DNA of 64,000 nucleotides from Candidatus Sumerlaeaceae bacterium (lineage in GTDB: Bacteria > Sumerlaeota > Sumerlaeia > Sumerlaeales > Sumerlaeaceae): positions 168,999 to 232,998 of the forward strand of contig JBPCLP010000008.1 in NCBI GenBank assembly GCA_051003195.1, in the 5' to 3' direction. Below the pieces are notes generated by a model. It worked only from the letters and a program-made list of their open reading frames with translations. It had not been told where the DNA came from and ran no database searches. This document shows positions 31,569 to 42,912 of this stretch, piece by piece; the first letter of the stretch is position 1, and every line of letters starts with the position of its first letter. The position numbers were made by a program, and so were the translations under genes.

Positions 31569-33065
31569 ATGACGCGCACAGGCCAGACAAAACAGATAAT
31601 TCTCGGGTCAGCGGCGCTTTCGATCAGCCGCTTTTGGCCAGCTTTCGCCGCTCTGTTCTGTGTCGCATGCACTCTGCTCTACCTGGTCGACATCCGCGGC
31701 TTTTTTGCCAGTGATGACTGGGTGTTGCTTGGCTATTATTCCGAGATAAACCCACTCAAATTCTGGGAGTACTTTTCGTTGCACGCAGTGTGGTTCTACA
31801 GACCCACGCAAAGCCTGCAGTTCGGCTGGTTTTATCATCTGTTTGGCCTGAATCCAGTGCCTTATAATCTAGCGCTGCTGATCCTGCATCTTACTAGTTG
31901 TTTTATCGCCTGGAAACTACTGCGGGCCATTGGTGCGGGGACCGGCGTTGCAACCGTTGCACTGGTTCTGTTTTCCTCCAGTTGGGTCTATGTCGACGTC
32001 CTGATATGGAAGGCCAACTTCAACACGCTGCATTGGGCGATCGGTACACTTCTGACCTGCTTGTGTGTTGCGCGCAGCTGCACGAGCGGTGCATGGAGAT
32101 GGAAGGCATTGGCGATAGGTGCAGCCGTGGCGACTTGTTTTACCAAAGAAATGGTGCTGAACCTGCCGCTGCTCGTGGCGATTACGTACCTGTGTTGCAC
32201 CCCGCGCGCGAAGCTGCGCGCCGTCGCGCGGCAATGGTGGCCTTTTGCCGCCATTGCCTGTGTGTATTTAGCCTGCCACCTGCTGTTTTTCAAGGATGTG
32301 AACACGACGAGCCCGCCCGGTTACCGCTTTGTTCAACCCTGGACAGGAGTGAAGCAGGTGCTGTTCGCGTGTAATCATCAGATGTTCTGGTTTTACACCG
32401 ACCCCTTGTTCCTTCAGTCAATGCCGGGTATTCATGCTGTTGTGAAAGGCATTATTTCCTACGCGCTATTCCTGCCGGTTCTGATCCTCGCCGCAGGGCT
32501 GCTTTTTCGCGACCGACTAATCGTTTTCGGACTCGCGTGGACCATTGCCGCGGGTCTGCCGTCGACGTTTTTGGTTACCTATCACGCCAGCCGTTTTTAT
32601 TACGTGCCGCTGCTGGGCGCATCCCTTGTCATGGCACAACTCCTCGTCAGAGCGCTGTTCGCCGTGCGAAGCTCCGATGCGTTGCTGCGCACCGTAGTTC
32701 GAGTCTCGGCCTTTGCAATTCTCGCATACTATGTTGCAGTCGGCGTCGGCATGACGCAGCTGCTGTTGGATTCGGATAAGCGGCAGTCGAATCGGCTCCG
32801 CGCTTTTTTTGAGCTTCTACGTGCGGAGCGGCATCAGGTGCCCAAGGGCGCACTCATTGTGATGCAGAATCCGCCCACGGACTTTGTAAACGCCAACCTT
32901 GGCTCAACCGAACTCGTAAAATTTGCGCTTCAGGACAAGACGGCGGAGGGAGTTGCGGATAAGACTGTAATTGCGCGTAACGAAGAGGAACGACTCGGCC
33001 GATTGCCAGTTCGCTATGTGGTCGATTTTAACGAGGCGGACTTGAAACTTCGTCGAATACGCTAG
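31569..33065 (+). CDS. Multi-pass membrane protein, putative GT-C glycosyltransferase (paralog 2)
   Basis: SDDW, YRPT, TKEM, RFYY; colinear with paralog 1. Confidence 0.7.
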   Translation: MTRTGQTKQIILGSAALSISRFWPAFAALFCVACTLLYLVDIRGFFASDDWVLLGYYSEINPLKFWEYFSLHAVWFYRPTQSLQFGWFYHLFGLNPVPYNLALLILHLTSCFIAWKLLRAIGAGTGVATVALVLFSSSWVYVDVLIWKANFNTLHWAIGTLLTCLCVARSCTSGAWRWKALAIGAAVATCFTKEMVLNLPLLVAITYLCCTPRAKLRAVARQWWPFAAIACVYLACHLLFFKDVNTTSPPGYRFVQPWTGVKQVLFACNHQMFWFYTDPLFLQSMPGIHAVVKGIISYALFLPVLILAAGLLFRDRLIVFGLAWTIAAGLPSTFLVTYHASRFYYVPLLGASLVMAQLLVRALFAVRSSDALLRTVVRVSAFAILAYYVAVGVGMTQLLLDSDKRQSNRLRAFFELLRAERHQVPKGALIVMQNPPTDFVNANLGSTELVKFALQDKTAEGVADKTVIARNEEERLGRLPVRYVVDFNEADLKLRRIR

Positions 33066-33244
33066 CCTTCCATAATACTTAAGTTGTTTACATACAAACA
33101 TATACAGCTAACGGCGTGAGGAAGCGAACTCTTCGCTCTCGTGGAAATAACGACGCCAGGTTCGATCCATGGCCGCGCCACTTTGTGCTTTACAGGTGTG
33201 AGGCAGACAACCACTTTTGGCGAGTTTGTGATTTTTTTCACTAG

Positions 33245-34690
<1,446 letters not shown>

Positions 34691-34717
34691 GACGAGTCAG
34701 CAAACAACTGTGTCTAA

Positions 34718-34749
34718 GGCCGGGCAAAAGTCGCCCGGCTTTTTCTTTT
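34718..34749 (+). terminator. Intrinsic terminator after atpD
   Basis: GCCGGGC-AAAAGTC-GCCCGGC followed by TTTTTCTTTT. Confidence 0.8.
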
Positions 34750-34823
34750 GCGAACTGACGGACTGCATTCGGTATTGCCATTCCGAACTGAATACCGGTT
34801 TTGTTGTGAGCATAGGCATTACA

Positions 34824-35096
34824 ATGCACCTTAACGACGACATTCGAACATCCAGCTACCTAAAATTGAAAACTTCGGAGCTGCTAAACCAGGTCAGCAA
34901 AACACGTCGTCCTGTCGTGATTACGGAAAACGGGAAGCCTAAAGCGGTAATTCAGGATGCTGAGACCTATGAGCAAATGAACACCGCAGTGGCACTGCTA
35001 AAACTGATTGCACATAGCGAAGCACAAATCGCGCAGGGTAAAGTTCTGTCACAGGACCAGGTATTTAAGCGACTGCGCAAAAAACTTCGAAGCTGA
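34824..35096 (+). CDS. Phd/YefM-family antitoxin
   Basis: LK...ELLNQVSKTRRPVVITENGKPKAVIQD. Confidence 0.92.
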   Translation: MHLNDDIRTSSYLKLKTSELLNQVSKTRRPVVITENGKPKAVIQDAETYEQMNTAVALLKLIAHSEAQIAQGKVLSQDQVFKRLRKKLRS

Positions 35097-35101
35097 TTCC
35101 A

Positions 35102-35412
35102 TTGGTTCGTCGCAAATCCTACGGTGTGCTGTGGTCTGAAGCTGCATCCAAGGATGCAGAAGCCATTGTTCAGTACCTAGTTACTCATGACACACCAGTG
35201 GCAGCCGCTCGGTCACTTGGACGAATTGAGAGTGCGTCCAAAAAGCTAACGCACCTTGCAATGACATTGGCGTATTGTCTTATCGGGAGCTTGTGGTTTC
35301 GCCGTGGCGAGTGATTTACCGAATTACGGAGCAACATGTATTGGTTGTCGCGATAATCGACGGTCGGCGAAATGTCCCTGACTTATTATACGAACGACTG
35401 CTGATGGAGTAA
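35102..35412 (+). pseudogene. RelE/ParE-family toxin, frameshifted by an apparent internal deletion
   Basis: The N-half (YGVLWSEAASKDAEAIVQYL...KLTHL) and C-half (DIGVLSYRELVVSPWRVIYRITEQHVLVVAIIDGRRN...ME*) are in different frames, switching near 35260. Confidence 0.85.
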
Positions 35413-36102
35413 GTGCCGCACGAGTTTGACATACAGACTGCTGTTCCGTGGGGCCGTTCTTTGTCTGAGTATATACGAATGTTCTCTCTTTCCGAGTCAG
35501 ACACGGCAGGAAGAATCCTGGATTGCGGCGGCGGGCCGGCCAGCTTTAATGCGGAAATGACGGCAGCTGGGCATCGTGTGATATCCATGGATCCGATCTA
35601 CGCATTCGACAGTACGCAGATAGAAGAGCGCGTGCGCGAAACGTATCCGAAGATCATGGACGGCGTTCGGCGTGCCTATGATCGTTTTGTCTGGGAAGCG
35701 ATTGCATCGCCGGAGCACCTTGGCGAAATGCGACTCGAGGCGATGCACAAGTTTCTCGCCGACTTCAATGCTGGCCGTGCAGCAGGACGGTACCAGGTGC
35801 AGAGTTTACCGCAGCTTACGTTCGCGGACGACAGCTTTGACCTCGCGCTCGTGTCTCATTTGTTGTTCCTGTACTCCGACGAAATGGACTGCGCGTTCCA
35901 TATTGAGTCCCTTCGGGAACTGCTTCGCGTTGCCGCGGAAGTTCGTGTGTTCCCGCTACTCGCAATGGACGGGAATCCGTCGCCCCACATTACAGGAGTA
36001 ACGGATGCGCTTGCTGCGGCAGGTTGTTCGGTTCGTCTCCAGAAGGTTAATTATGAGTTTCAGCGCGGCGGAAACACCATGCTGGTAGCGGGCAGGAGCT
36101 AA
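35413..36102 (+). CDS. Class I SAM-dependent methyltransferase
   Basis: ILDCGGGPASF, LTFADDSFDLALVSHLLFLYS. Confidence 0.88.
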   Translation: MPHEFDIQTAVPWGRSLSEYIRMFSLSESDTAGRILDCGGGPASFNAEMTAAGHRVISMDPIYAFDSTQIEERVRETYPKIMDGVRRAYDRFVWEAIASPEHLGEMRLEAMHKFLADFNAGRAAGRYQVQSLPQLTFADDSFDLALVSHLLFLYSDEMDCAFHIESLRELLRVAAEVRVFPLLAMDGNPSPHITGVTDALAAAGCSVRLQKVNYEFQRGGNTMLVAGRS

Positions 36103-36126
36103 ACGCCGAACTAATCCCCGCGCGTT

Positions 36127-37098
36127 TTATGGACTCGGCTGGCGGCGGGTTAGCTCCAGGAAGAACTGTTTGAGAGTCTTGCGCTGGGGAACAACAGCGC
36201 GTGGGACCAGCTTACGAGTGACGAGGTCGGAGAGTATTTCTCCAGTGATCCCCTGCTGCATCCGAACATAAAGGCTGGTTTCATCGGGAGCACCGGTGCC
36301 CGAGTACACCGAGCTTAGCTCCTCGCTCAGAACCTCGACGCCGGCATGCGACAGAAGAAACGCCTTTGCCTGGTCACGCGTGCTGGCGTTTTCAAAAACA
36401 AGCAGGTTATCCTCTTTTGAAAAGAAGAGCAGGCGGCGCACTTCGTCGCAGGCGACCAGTATGCCCTGGTTGATCACTGCGATCCGGTTGCACCACTCCT
36501 CAACTTCATGGAGCAGGTGACTGGAAATGAAAACGGTCATTCGCTCCTCTGCCACGAGGCGCCTCAGAAGCTCCCAGACCTGCGCACTGCCTTCCGGATC
36601 AAGTCCATTGGTGGGTTCATCAAGCAGCAAAAGTTTGGGTCGATGCAGAAGCGCCTGCGCGATTCCGAGACGCTGTTTCATTCCATGCGAATACTCGCGT
36701 ACGCGGTCCTTCCCGCGGTCAAGCAGTCCGAGCAGATCAAGGACCTCGTCGACTCGCTGCTTCGGGACATTGCCCTGGATGCGAGCAAGGACTTCCAGGT
36801 TCTTTCGTCCACTAAGGTATTCGTAAAAGGCCGGTACTTCGATCAAGGTTCCCAGCTGAGTTCGCACAGCTTTTACTTCCGTGTGCGGCTGGCCAAAGAT
36901 GTCTATCCTGCCCGAAGTGGGGCGGACTAGCCCTGCCATCATATACATGGTGGTGGATTTGCCTGCACCGTTCGGTCCCAGGAATCCGAAGATGTCGCCT
37001 TCATCCACGCTGAAACTCAGGTCGTTTACTGCAGCGTGCCTGCCAAACTGCTTCGTAAGATTGCTGACCAGAAGCACGGCGCTGTTGCTCGCACTCAT
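36127..37098 (-). CDS. ABC transporter ATP-binding protein (BcrA/ABC-2 type)
   Basis: GPNGAGKST, YSHGMKQRL, LLLDEPTNGLDP, SSHLL. Confidence 0.95.
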   Translation of the reverse strand: MSASNSAVLLVSNLTKQFGRHAAVNDLSFSVDEGDIFGFLGPNGAGKSTTMYMMAGLVRPTSGRIDIFGQPHTEVKAVRTQLGTLIEVPAFYEYLSGRKNLEVLARIQGNVPKQRVDEVLDLLGLLDRGKDRVREYSHGMKQRLGIAQALLHRPKLLLLDEPTNGLDPEGSAQVWELLRRLVAEERMTVFISSHLLHEVEEWCNRIAVINQGILVACDEVRRLLFFSKEDNLLVFENASTRDQAKAFLLSHAGVEVLSEELSSVYSGTGAPDETSLYVRMQQGITGEILSDLVTRKLVPRAVVPQRKTLKQFFLELTRRQPSP

Positions 37099-37108
37099 CG
37101 TAGATTGA

Positions 37109-38539
37109 TCACCCCAGCATGCCTTCGTCCGCAAAACTATAGTATCGCTGCGCTCCAACGATGACGTGGTCGAGCACCTTGATGCCAAGAATGTTGCCCG
37201 CCTCCACAAGGCGACGCGTGAGTGCGTGGTCTTCGGGACTGGGTGAGGGATCCCCGCTGGGATGATTGTGCACGAACACAACTCCGGCTGCCGCTTCAGC
37301 CAGCGCCGGCTTGAAAACATCCCGCGGATGAACTATGCTGGCATTGAGCGTTCCGACAGAGATGCTGAACTCGCGCTGGATTTTGTTTTTCGTGTTCAGT
37401 GCGAGTAGTACGAACTCTTCCTGCGTGGCGCTCTTGAAGCGGGGACGATACATGTCGAAAACATCGCGGCTGGAGCCCAGCGACTTCAGCCCGTCACGGG
37501 CGTCAGCGGCCGGCTGCGTAATGCGCTTGCCCAGCTCAATGGCCGCCTTGATTTCCACGGCCTTGGCTTTTCCGATGCCACGCACCGTTGTGATATCCGC
37601 AATGGATGCCGTCTCAAGCCCGTGCAGGGTTCCGAATTTATGGATCAGTTCACGGCCGAGATCGAGGGCAGAGCGCGAACCGCTTCCGGTGCGAAGGATA
37701 ATTGCGATCAGTTCGGCACTGCTAAGGCGTTCACCGGACAGCATCCGTTCCCGCGGGCGTTCATCATGTGCCCACGCTTTTATCGGGACGTTGCGCGGCT
37801 GGATCGGCTGCGGCGGATTGTGCTTCACGTAGGAGCAGAAGCTCGTAAGGGTGCATTCTGCACAGCGCGGCGTGTTGCCGCACGGTACCGGGAAACCTTT
37901 CTTCTTTCGCGCACCCGAGTAGGATCCGAACAGGTAGTCCAGTTCAGGCAGCGGTACGTTGCTGACGCGCGACAAGTGCTGCATTCGCTCAAAATAGTTG
38001 CGCGTTGTCTGCGCGTTGAGATCACGAGTCGTGACCTGCCCAAGGCGGAAAAGAAAGCGCATGGTGTCCGCGGCTGGGATTGCGGCGGGATATCCAATCG
38101 CCAACAAAAACTCGTAGGGTTTGCGCCCGCGCAAAAACGGGAACTCTTTCGCGACCAGCGCGACCGCCGTTATCAGATTCGGGCAGTTTGCCAGCCGCTC
38201 GGCAAAGGGTGTGGTTGAGTTGCCGTTTTGAGAGGTTTTGGTCAGCAACTGGAGCGACTCCGAAAGCTGCTGCACGGTTTTGCCGTGCTCGTTATGGCCG
38301 CGCTCCAGCTCGTTCGAATCCAGCGCGTTCAGCTGCCGCCGGATTTCGCGCCTCCCTTCGGGCATGGAGTCGTCGATTCCGAGTGTAACCGCGATCAGCC
38401 GCTCCTTCAGGTGGTCCAGCGACAGTGTGCGATAGTCGCGACTGCGGATGTGCTCAAGCGTTTCGGCTAGTGCGGGCACGTCGCTTAAAAGCCGACCACG
38501 CAGGCGTTCAATCCAGTCTATCAGGTTCAGCTCTTCCAT
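37109..38539 (-). CDS. radC: RadC (JAB domain) with a long N-terminal extension carrying a [4Fe-4S]-type Cys motif
   Basis: ERPRERM, LSSAELIAIILRTG, GIGKAKA, VHPRDVF, HNHPSGDPSPSPED, LDHVIVG; upstream CGNTPRCAECTLTSFC. Confidence 0.9.
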   Translation of the reverse strand: MEELNLIDWIERLRGRLLSDVPALAETLEHIRSRDYRTLSLDHLKERLIAVTLGIDDSMPEGRREIRRQLNALDSNELERGHNEHGKTVQQLSESLQLLTKTSQNGNSTTPFAERLANCPNLITAVALVAKEFPFLRGRKPYEFLLAIGYPAAIPAADTMRFLFRLGQVTTRDLNAQTTRNYFERMQHLSRVSNVPLPELDYLFGSYSGARKKKGFPVPCGNTPRCAECTLTSFCSYVKHNPPQPIQPRNVPIKAWAHDERPRERMLSGERLSSAELIAIILRTGSGSRSALDLGRELIHKFGTLHGLETASIADITTVRGIGKAKAVEIKAAIELGKRITQPAADARDGLKSLGSSRDVFDMYRPRFKSATQEEFVLLALNTKNKIQREFSISVGTLNASIVHPRDVFKPALAEAAAGVVFVHNHPSGDPSPSPEDHALTRRLVEAGNILGIKVLDHVIVGAQRYYSFADEGMLG

Positions 38540-38700
38540 CTCAGGCACCGATACCACCCCGTTGCTGCTTCGCAATCCAATAAAAAAGCGGCGGCCTGGG
38601 AAGGTTGGGCTGCGATTACGTGCTCTCCGCTATAGAACGCGGTGCATCGGGAAGCGACACTTGCTCTGGGAGGTGATCGTCATGTCCGTCCGTCGGCAAG

Positions 38701-40470
38701 TCAGCTCGCATCCAGTTCCACCGCATCGGACAGCTGTTGCTTCTCGAACAAATCGGCATAGATGCCGCCGTGTGCCAGCAACTGATCGTGGCTTCCCTGC
38801 TCGACAATGGCGCCTTCTTCGAGAACGATGATATGGTCGCAGTGCATCACCGCGGAGACACGATGCGCGATTACGATCGCTGTGCGTTTCTCCAGCACCT
38901 CGACAAGGCTGTCGAGGATGCGTGCCTCGGTTTCAGTGTCTACTGCCGACAATGCGTCATCAAGCACAAGAATGTCAGGGTCGCGCAACAGGGCACGTGC
39001 TATGGCGGTTCGTTGCTTCTGTCCACCCGACAGATTAATGCCTCGCTCCCCAAGAACTGTGGCGTACTTCTTTGGAAAGAGCTCGATTTCAGGAGCCAGA
39101 TGAGCCTGCATCGCGACGTTTTCAATCTGCTCCATAGTTGCATCCGGCTCGCCAAACGCGATGTTGTTCTCAATAGTATCGCTGAAGAGAAACGTTTCCT
39201 GGAAAACGAGGCTAATCCGGTCGCGCAGCACGTCCATGGGTATGTCACTAAGGTCCTCACCGTCGATGAACAATTTTCCGCGATCGACGGGATATAAATG
39301 CAGCAGCAGCGAGGCCAGTGTGCTCTTTCCGCTGCCTGTGGACCCCACCACGCCAAGGCGGCTGCCGGCCGGAATGCGGAGTTTGATGTCCCGAAGAGCG
39401 GGCGGTAGATCCGAAGAGTAGCTGAAACTGAGATTGCGGAACTCCACGCATCCTCCGCGATCAGATACGGTGCTCACGCCAGCTTGCGACTGTTCCCCGG
39501 TATCGGCGGGAACATCCGGCGCCAGGTCGAGAATCTCGGCAATGCGGTCCATGCTGGCCGCGCCGCGCTGCATCAAACTCACCGTCCATCCCAAAGCAAT
39601 CATTGGCCAGAACAGCATGGTCTGGATCATTGAAAACTCGACCAGTTTACCAACACTCATATTGCCGCGCATTACCTCGTTGCCACCGATCCAAAGCAGA
39701 AGGACAATCGACGTTCCGGCAAGCGCGCGCAGGCTCGGGTAGAAGCCACTCTGGATGCGTGCCAGGTGCAGGTTCAGTCGAATGAATTGCTCGTTCAGCG
39801 CGGCGAACTTCTTCTTCTCCGCTTCTTCCTGGACGAACGCACGCACCACGCGCACCCCGGCCAGGTTTTCCTGCACCATCGCGCTGATATGGGAGTAGTG
39901 ATCCTGCACGTTCCGAAAACGCCGGTGCACTCGGTTGCCGAAATAGTTCATGATGAACGGGAGCGACAGTAAGGGAGCCATGGTCAGCAGCGCCAGGCGC
40001 ACATCGATGCTGATCATGCGCCCGACGGCGAGTGGGAACAGGATCACAGAATTGAAAAACTGCAGGAAGCCGGGCCCGATGAAGGAACGCACCTGGTCCA
40101 CGTCGTTGGTTGCGCGTGCCATGAGATCGCCCGTGCGCTGATGATCGTAGAATGACGGGGACAGTGACTGAAGCTTGGCAAAAAGATCGTCGCGGAACTT
40201 AAGCTCGATGTCTCGCGAGGCACCTATAATCCACGTGCGCATGTAGTACCTGGCCACACCGACCCCTACGGTTAAAAGTACGATAAAGCCAGCAAACCAG
40301 GCGAAATCGTTCCGCGTGTGACCTCCCGCCAGGACTGCATCGGATGCTTCGCCGACAACCCTCGCGACGCGTAGCTGGAAGTAATTCGTCAGCACCAGGC
40401 AGACAAATCCGCCCGCAATTCGCCACCTGTGTTCGGCAACGTAGCATCTGAGGCGCAGCAGGCTTTTCAC
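38701..40470 (-). CDS. ABC exporter, fused permease/ATPase (MdlA-like)
   Basis: RTGDLMARATND, GSTGSGKST, LSGGQKQR, LDDALSAVD. Confidence 0.93.
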   Translation of the reverse strand: MKSLLRLRCYVAEHRWRIAGGFVCLVLTNYFQLRVARVVGEASDAVLAGGHTRNDFAWFAGFIVLLTVGVGVARYYMRTWIIGASRDIELKFRDDLFAKLQSLSPSFYDHQRTGDLMARATNDVDQVRSFIGPGFLQFFNSVILFPLAVGRMISIDVRLALLTMAPLLSLPFIMNYFGNRVHRRFRNVQDHYSHISAMVQENLAGVRVVRAFVQEEAEKKKFAALNEQFIRLNLHLARIQSGFYPSLRALAGTSIVLLLWIGGNEVMRGNMSVGKLVEFSMIQTMLFWPMIALGWTVSLMQRGAASMDRIAEILDLAPDVPADTGEQSQAGVSTVSDRGGCVEFRNLSFSYSSDLPPALRDIKLRIPAGSRLGVVGSTGSGKSTLASLLLHLYPVDRGKLFIDGEDLSDIPMDVLRDRISLVFQETFLFSDTIENNIAFGEPDATMEQIENVAMQAHLAPEIELFPKKYATVLGERGINLSGGQKQRTAIARALLRDPDILVLDDALSAVDTETEARILDSLVEVLEKRTAIVIAHRVSAVMHCDHIIVLEEGAIVEQGSHDQLLAHGGIYADLFEKQQLSDAVELDAS

Positions 40471-40706
40471 GGTGCAAGGGGCTACCCGGATAAATGGAGC
40501 GCATTCGGCTTGAAAACCCCACAACGCTTGGCGAGAAGCGTGATGCATAAACAGGCCGCTCGATTATGCGACCAATGGTCAGCTCGAAAGCTTACGGATA
40601 GCTATCCCTGCCCGCATGGAACCGCCAGGTGTTTGCCTCTGTGTTCGGCAAAACAAAACCGGCAGCTTGGGTGCGGTTACACCCATTTAGCGCAGGTGAG
40701 ATCGCC

Positions 40707-41156
40707 TTACTTTACGCCACCAACGCTGGTTGTCGGGGTATGCGAAGGCGCATCACTGGCGGGAAACGACTCCTCGCTTGCTTCGTGTACGAGATCGCCC
40801 TCGACTCGTGGCGCCGTCTGATCTAATCTGCCAGTGTGCTGCCGATGATCGTGCTCAGCGTGTTCGGAGTTGCTGGCCCGGTCAATCTCAAGGTAGTGGT
40901 AAAGCTCACAATGTCCAGTTGCCCCGCGGTGCAGCAACCCGACTGCCAGCGCTCCAAAGAGCCCGGTTAATACCGGTCGTCGGCTCCCCATCGCCAGCCC
41001 GGCCAATACACCGCCAAGCGCGAGGCTCACCTGGCGTTCGCCCATGCTCACATTAGGCTGCTGGTGCGCAAAATCCTGTATCTTCTCCTTAATGCGCGAC
41101 TGATGCTCATCCGCCGGGCGGGGCCCTTTTCCTCTAATTACAGTGACGTTGCTCAT
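40707..41156 (-). CDS. DUF2892 (YgaP-like) membrane protein
   Basis: NVSMGER, LLHRGATGHCELY; C-terminal VHEASEESFPASDAPS motif. Confidence 0.8.
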   Translation of the reverse strand: MSNVTVIRGKGPRPADEHQSRIKEKIQDFAHQQPNVSMGERQVSLALGGVLAGLAMGSRRPVLTGLFGALAVGLLHRGATGHCELYHYLEIDRASNSEHAEHDHRQHTGRLDQTAPRVEGDLVHEASEESFPASDAPSHTPTTSVGGVK

Positions 41157-41234
41157 GATGATCCTGCCTTCCTGCGTCCGCTCACCGTGAACATCTATCC
41201 GGCTGTGCAGCGCTTCGTATACTACCATAAATGA

Positions 41235-41249
41235 GCAACGGATATGCCA
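41235..41249 (-). promoter_or_regulatory. Putative sigma-54 promoter
   Basis: Minus strand TGGC-ATATCCG-TTGC (GG-N10-GC), about 80 nt upstream of the DUF2892 gene. Confidence 0.62.
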
Positions 41250-41323
41250 TGCTTTTGCAATCGGAAGTTAGTTCGGCATGGCCTTTGATCTCACTGTGGT
41301 TAATTGCTGAAGGAGCTCCGATA

Positions 41324-41596
41324 ATGAAGAAGAACTCAACGCACTCGACGTATGACCCGAAGTTGCCAAACCAGGTCTGGATCGAACGCGAATCCGGCCA
41401 CAGTGACCTCCCAAAACATCCCGCAAAAAACCCCGGGACCACATCACCAACAGCAGAGGAACTTAAGAAGGGCAACAAAAGCGCTCAAAGCGACGTCGAT
41501 GACGAGATTGCAAATCGTGCCGAGGCGGCTCTTACGACCCAGGGCGAGGAAATGCGACCCAGGGACGGCAACCTGGATGGAGGTACCGCGCGGTAG
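41324..41596 (+). CDS. Small hydrophilic hypothetical protein
   Basis: RBS AAGGAG; 90-aa ORF that looks disordered. Confidence 0.6.
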   Translation: MKKNSTHSTYDPKLPNQVWIERESGHSDLPKHPAKNPGTTSPTAEELKKGNKSAQSDVDDEIANRAEAALTTQGEEMRPRDGNLDGGTAR

Positions 41597-41704
41597 CTTC
41601 GCCAATTGCAAAAGCAGATTTTGCCTGTTACGGATGAGCTTGAAGAAGACTTCTGACCCCTACCTTTTGCACTCACATCACACAAGCACTCTCCGGGACA
41701 ATTA

Positions 41705-42889
41705 ATGACCGATATCTTTAGCACCATACTACACTCGCGCACGGGCATGAGCGACGTGCAATCCGCCGTGGATCCATTCACGGGCAAAAATACCATCATG
41801 CTTCCGCCTGTAGTGCGGCATCCGGCGAACCCCGTCGCATCGCGTGCGGGCTTTTTTGAGTCGGTCCTTGAGCACAAGCTCGCGGGCACTGTGCCTGGAG
41901 GGCTGGCGCCACAACTCCGAAACCTGCAGGACACTTTCAACTGCGGTGTTGCCCACTACGACGGGCGCTACGTAATGCTGGTGCGATTCCAGAATCAGCA
42001 ACGCCAGAACGACATCTACCTGGCGACAAGCCACGATGGAGTACGTTGGGACCACACGCCCGAGCTGCTGGATCTTCCGAACCTTCCAGCCGCGCCCGAC
42101 CCGGGCGGTCTTGCGCGAAGCGGCTGGCAATTGCCAGAAGGCAAACCCTGGCACAAAGGGCAATTCTACGATCCACGTATTACTCAGATGGAAGACGGCA
42201 GCTACCTCATTGCCCTGGCAGTCGACTACGATACGATCGAACCGCCAGGCCAGCCATATGCCTATGTGTGCGACAACGTGCTATATCGTACACGCGATTT
42301 TAAAAGCTTCGAGTTCCTGTGCACTCTCCAGGGGCATACGCGAAACTGCGTGTTGTTTCCCCGTAAAATCGATGGGTGGTACTACGCGGCCGGTCGGCCT
42401 AACGCATCCAAACGTGTGAACACGGTGCTTTTCCGCTCAAAGGACCTGAAGCAGTGGGAACAGGGGGACGAGCTTTTCACGGGCGGGCACGCATGGATGA
42501 TTTACGCCGGGCCGGGCTTTCCACCCTTCGAGACCGAGGACTATTGGGTACTCGGCGTCCACGCGGTGGAAACCCACGGCACATTTCAAATTGTCTATCG
42601 AGCCGCGGTTTGCCTTCTGGACAAGAAAAGCATGAAGCTCGTTGCCGGGCCAGTCCCCATTCTTCATCCCGACAAACCGTACGAGACCGATGGGACCATC
42701 GGCGCCGCAGTCATTTTCCCAACCGGTGTGCTCTTCAGCGACGGCAACGGTTCCGGCGTAAAAACTCGCGACACAAAAGTCGCCATCTACTACGGCGCCG
42801 CGGACTCCTTCGTTGGGGTCGGCATGACGACTGTTGGACGTCTGATCGATACGGCACTCGGCAAATACGACCCGGTCGCTGCTGTCTAA
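41705..42889 (+). CDS. GH130-family glycoside phosphorylase/hydrolase
   Basis: FNCGV, YDPRIT, RNCVLFPRKIDG, PYETDG...VIFPTG, IYYGAAD. Confidence 0.88.
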   Translation: MTDIFSTILHSRTGMSDVQSAVDPFTGKNTIMLPPVVRHPANPVASRAGFFESVLEHKLAGTVPGGLAPQLRNLQDTFNCGVAHYDGRYVMLVRFQNQQRQNDIYLATSHDGVRWDHTPELLDLPNLPAAPDPGGLARSGWQLPEGKPWHKGQFYDPRITQMEDGSYLIALAVDYDTIEPPGQPYAYVCDNVLYRTRDFKSFEFLCTLQGHTRNCVLFPRKIDGWYYAAGRPNASKRVNTVLFRSKDLKQWEQGDELFTGGHAWMIYAGPGFPPFETEDYWVLGVHAVETHGTFQIVYRAAVCLLDKKSMKLVAGPVPILHPDKPYETDGTIGAAVIFPTGVLFSDGNGSGVKTRDTKVAIYYGAADSFVGVGMTTVGRLIDTALGKYDPVAAV

Positions 42890-42912
42890 CCTGAAGTCCG
42901 AGATGAGAACTA

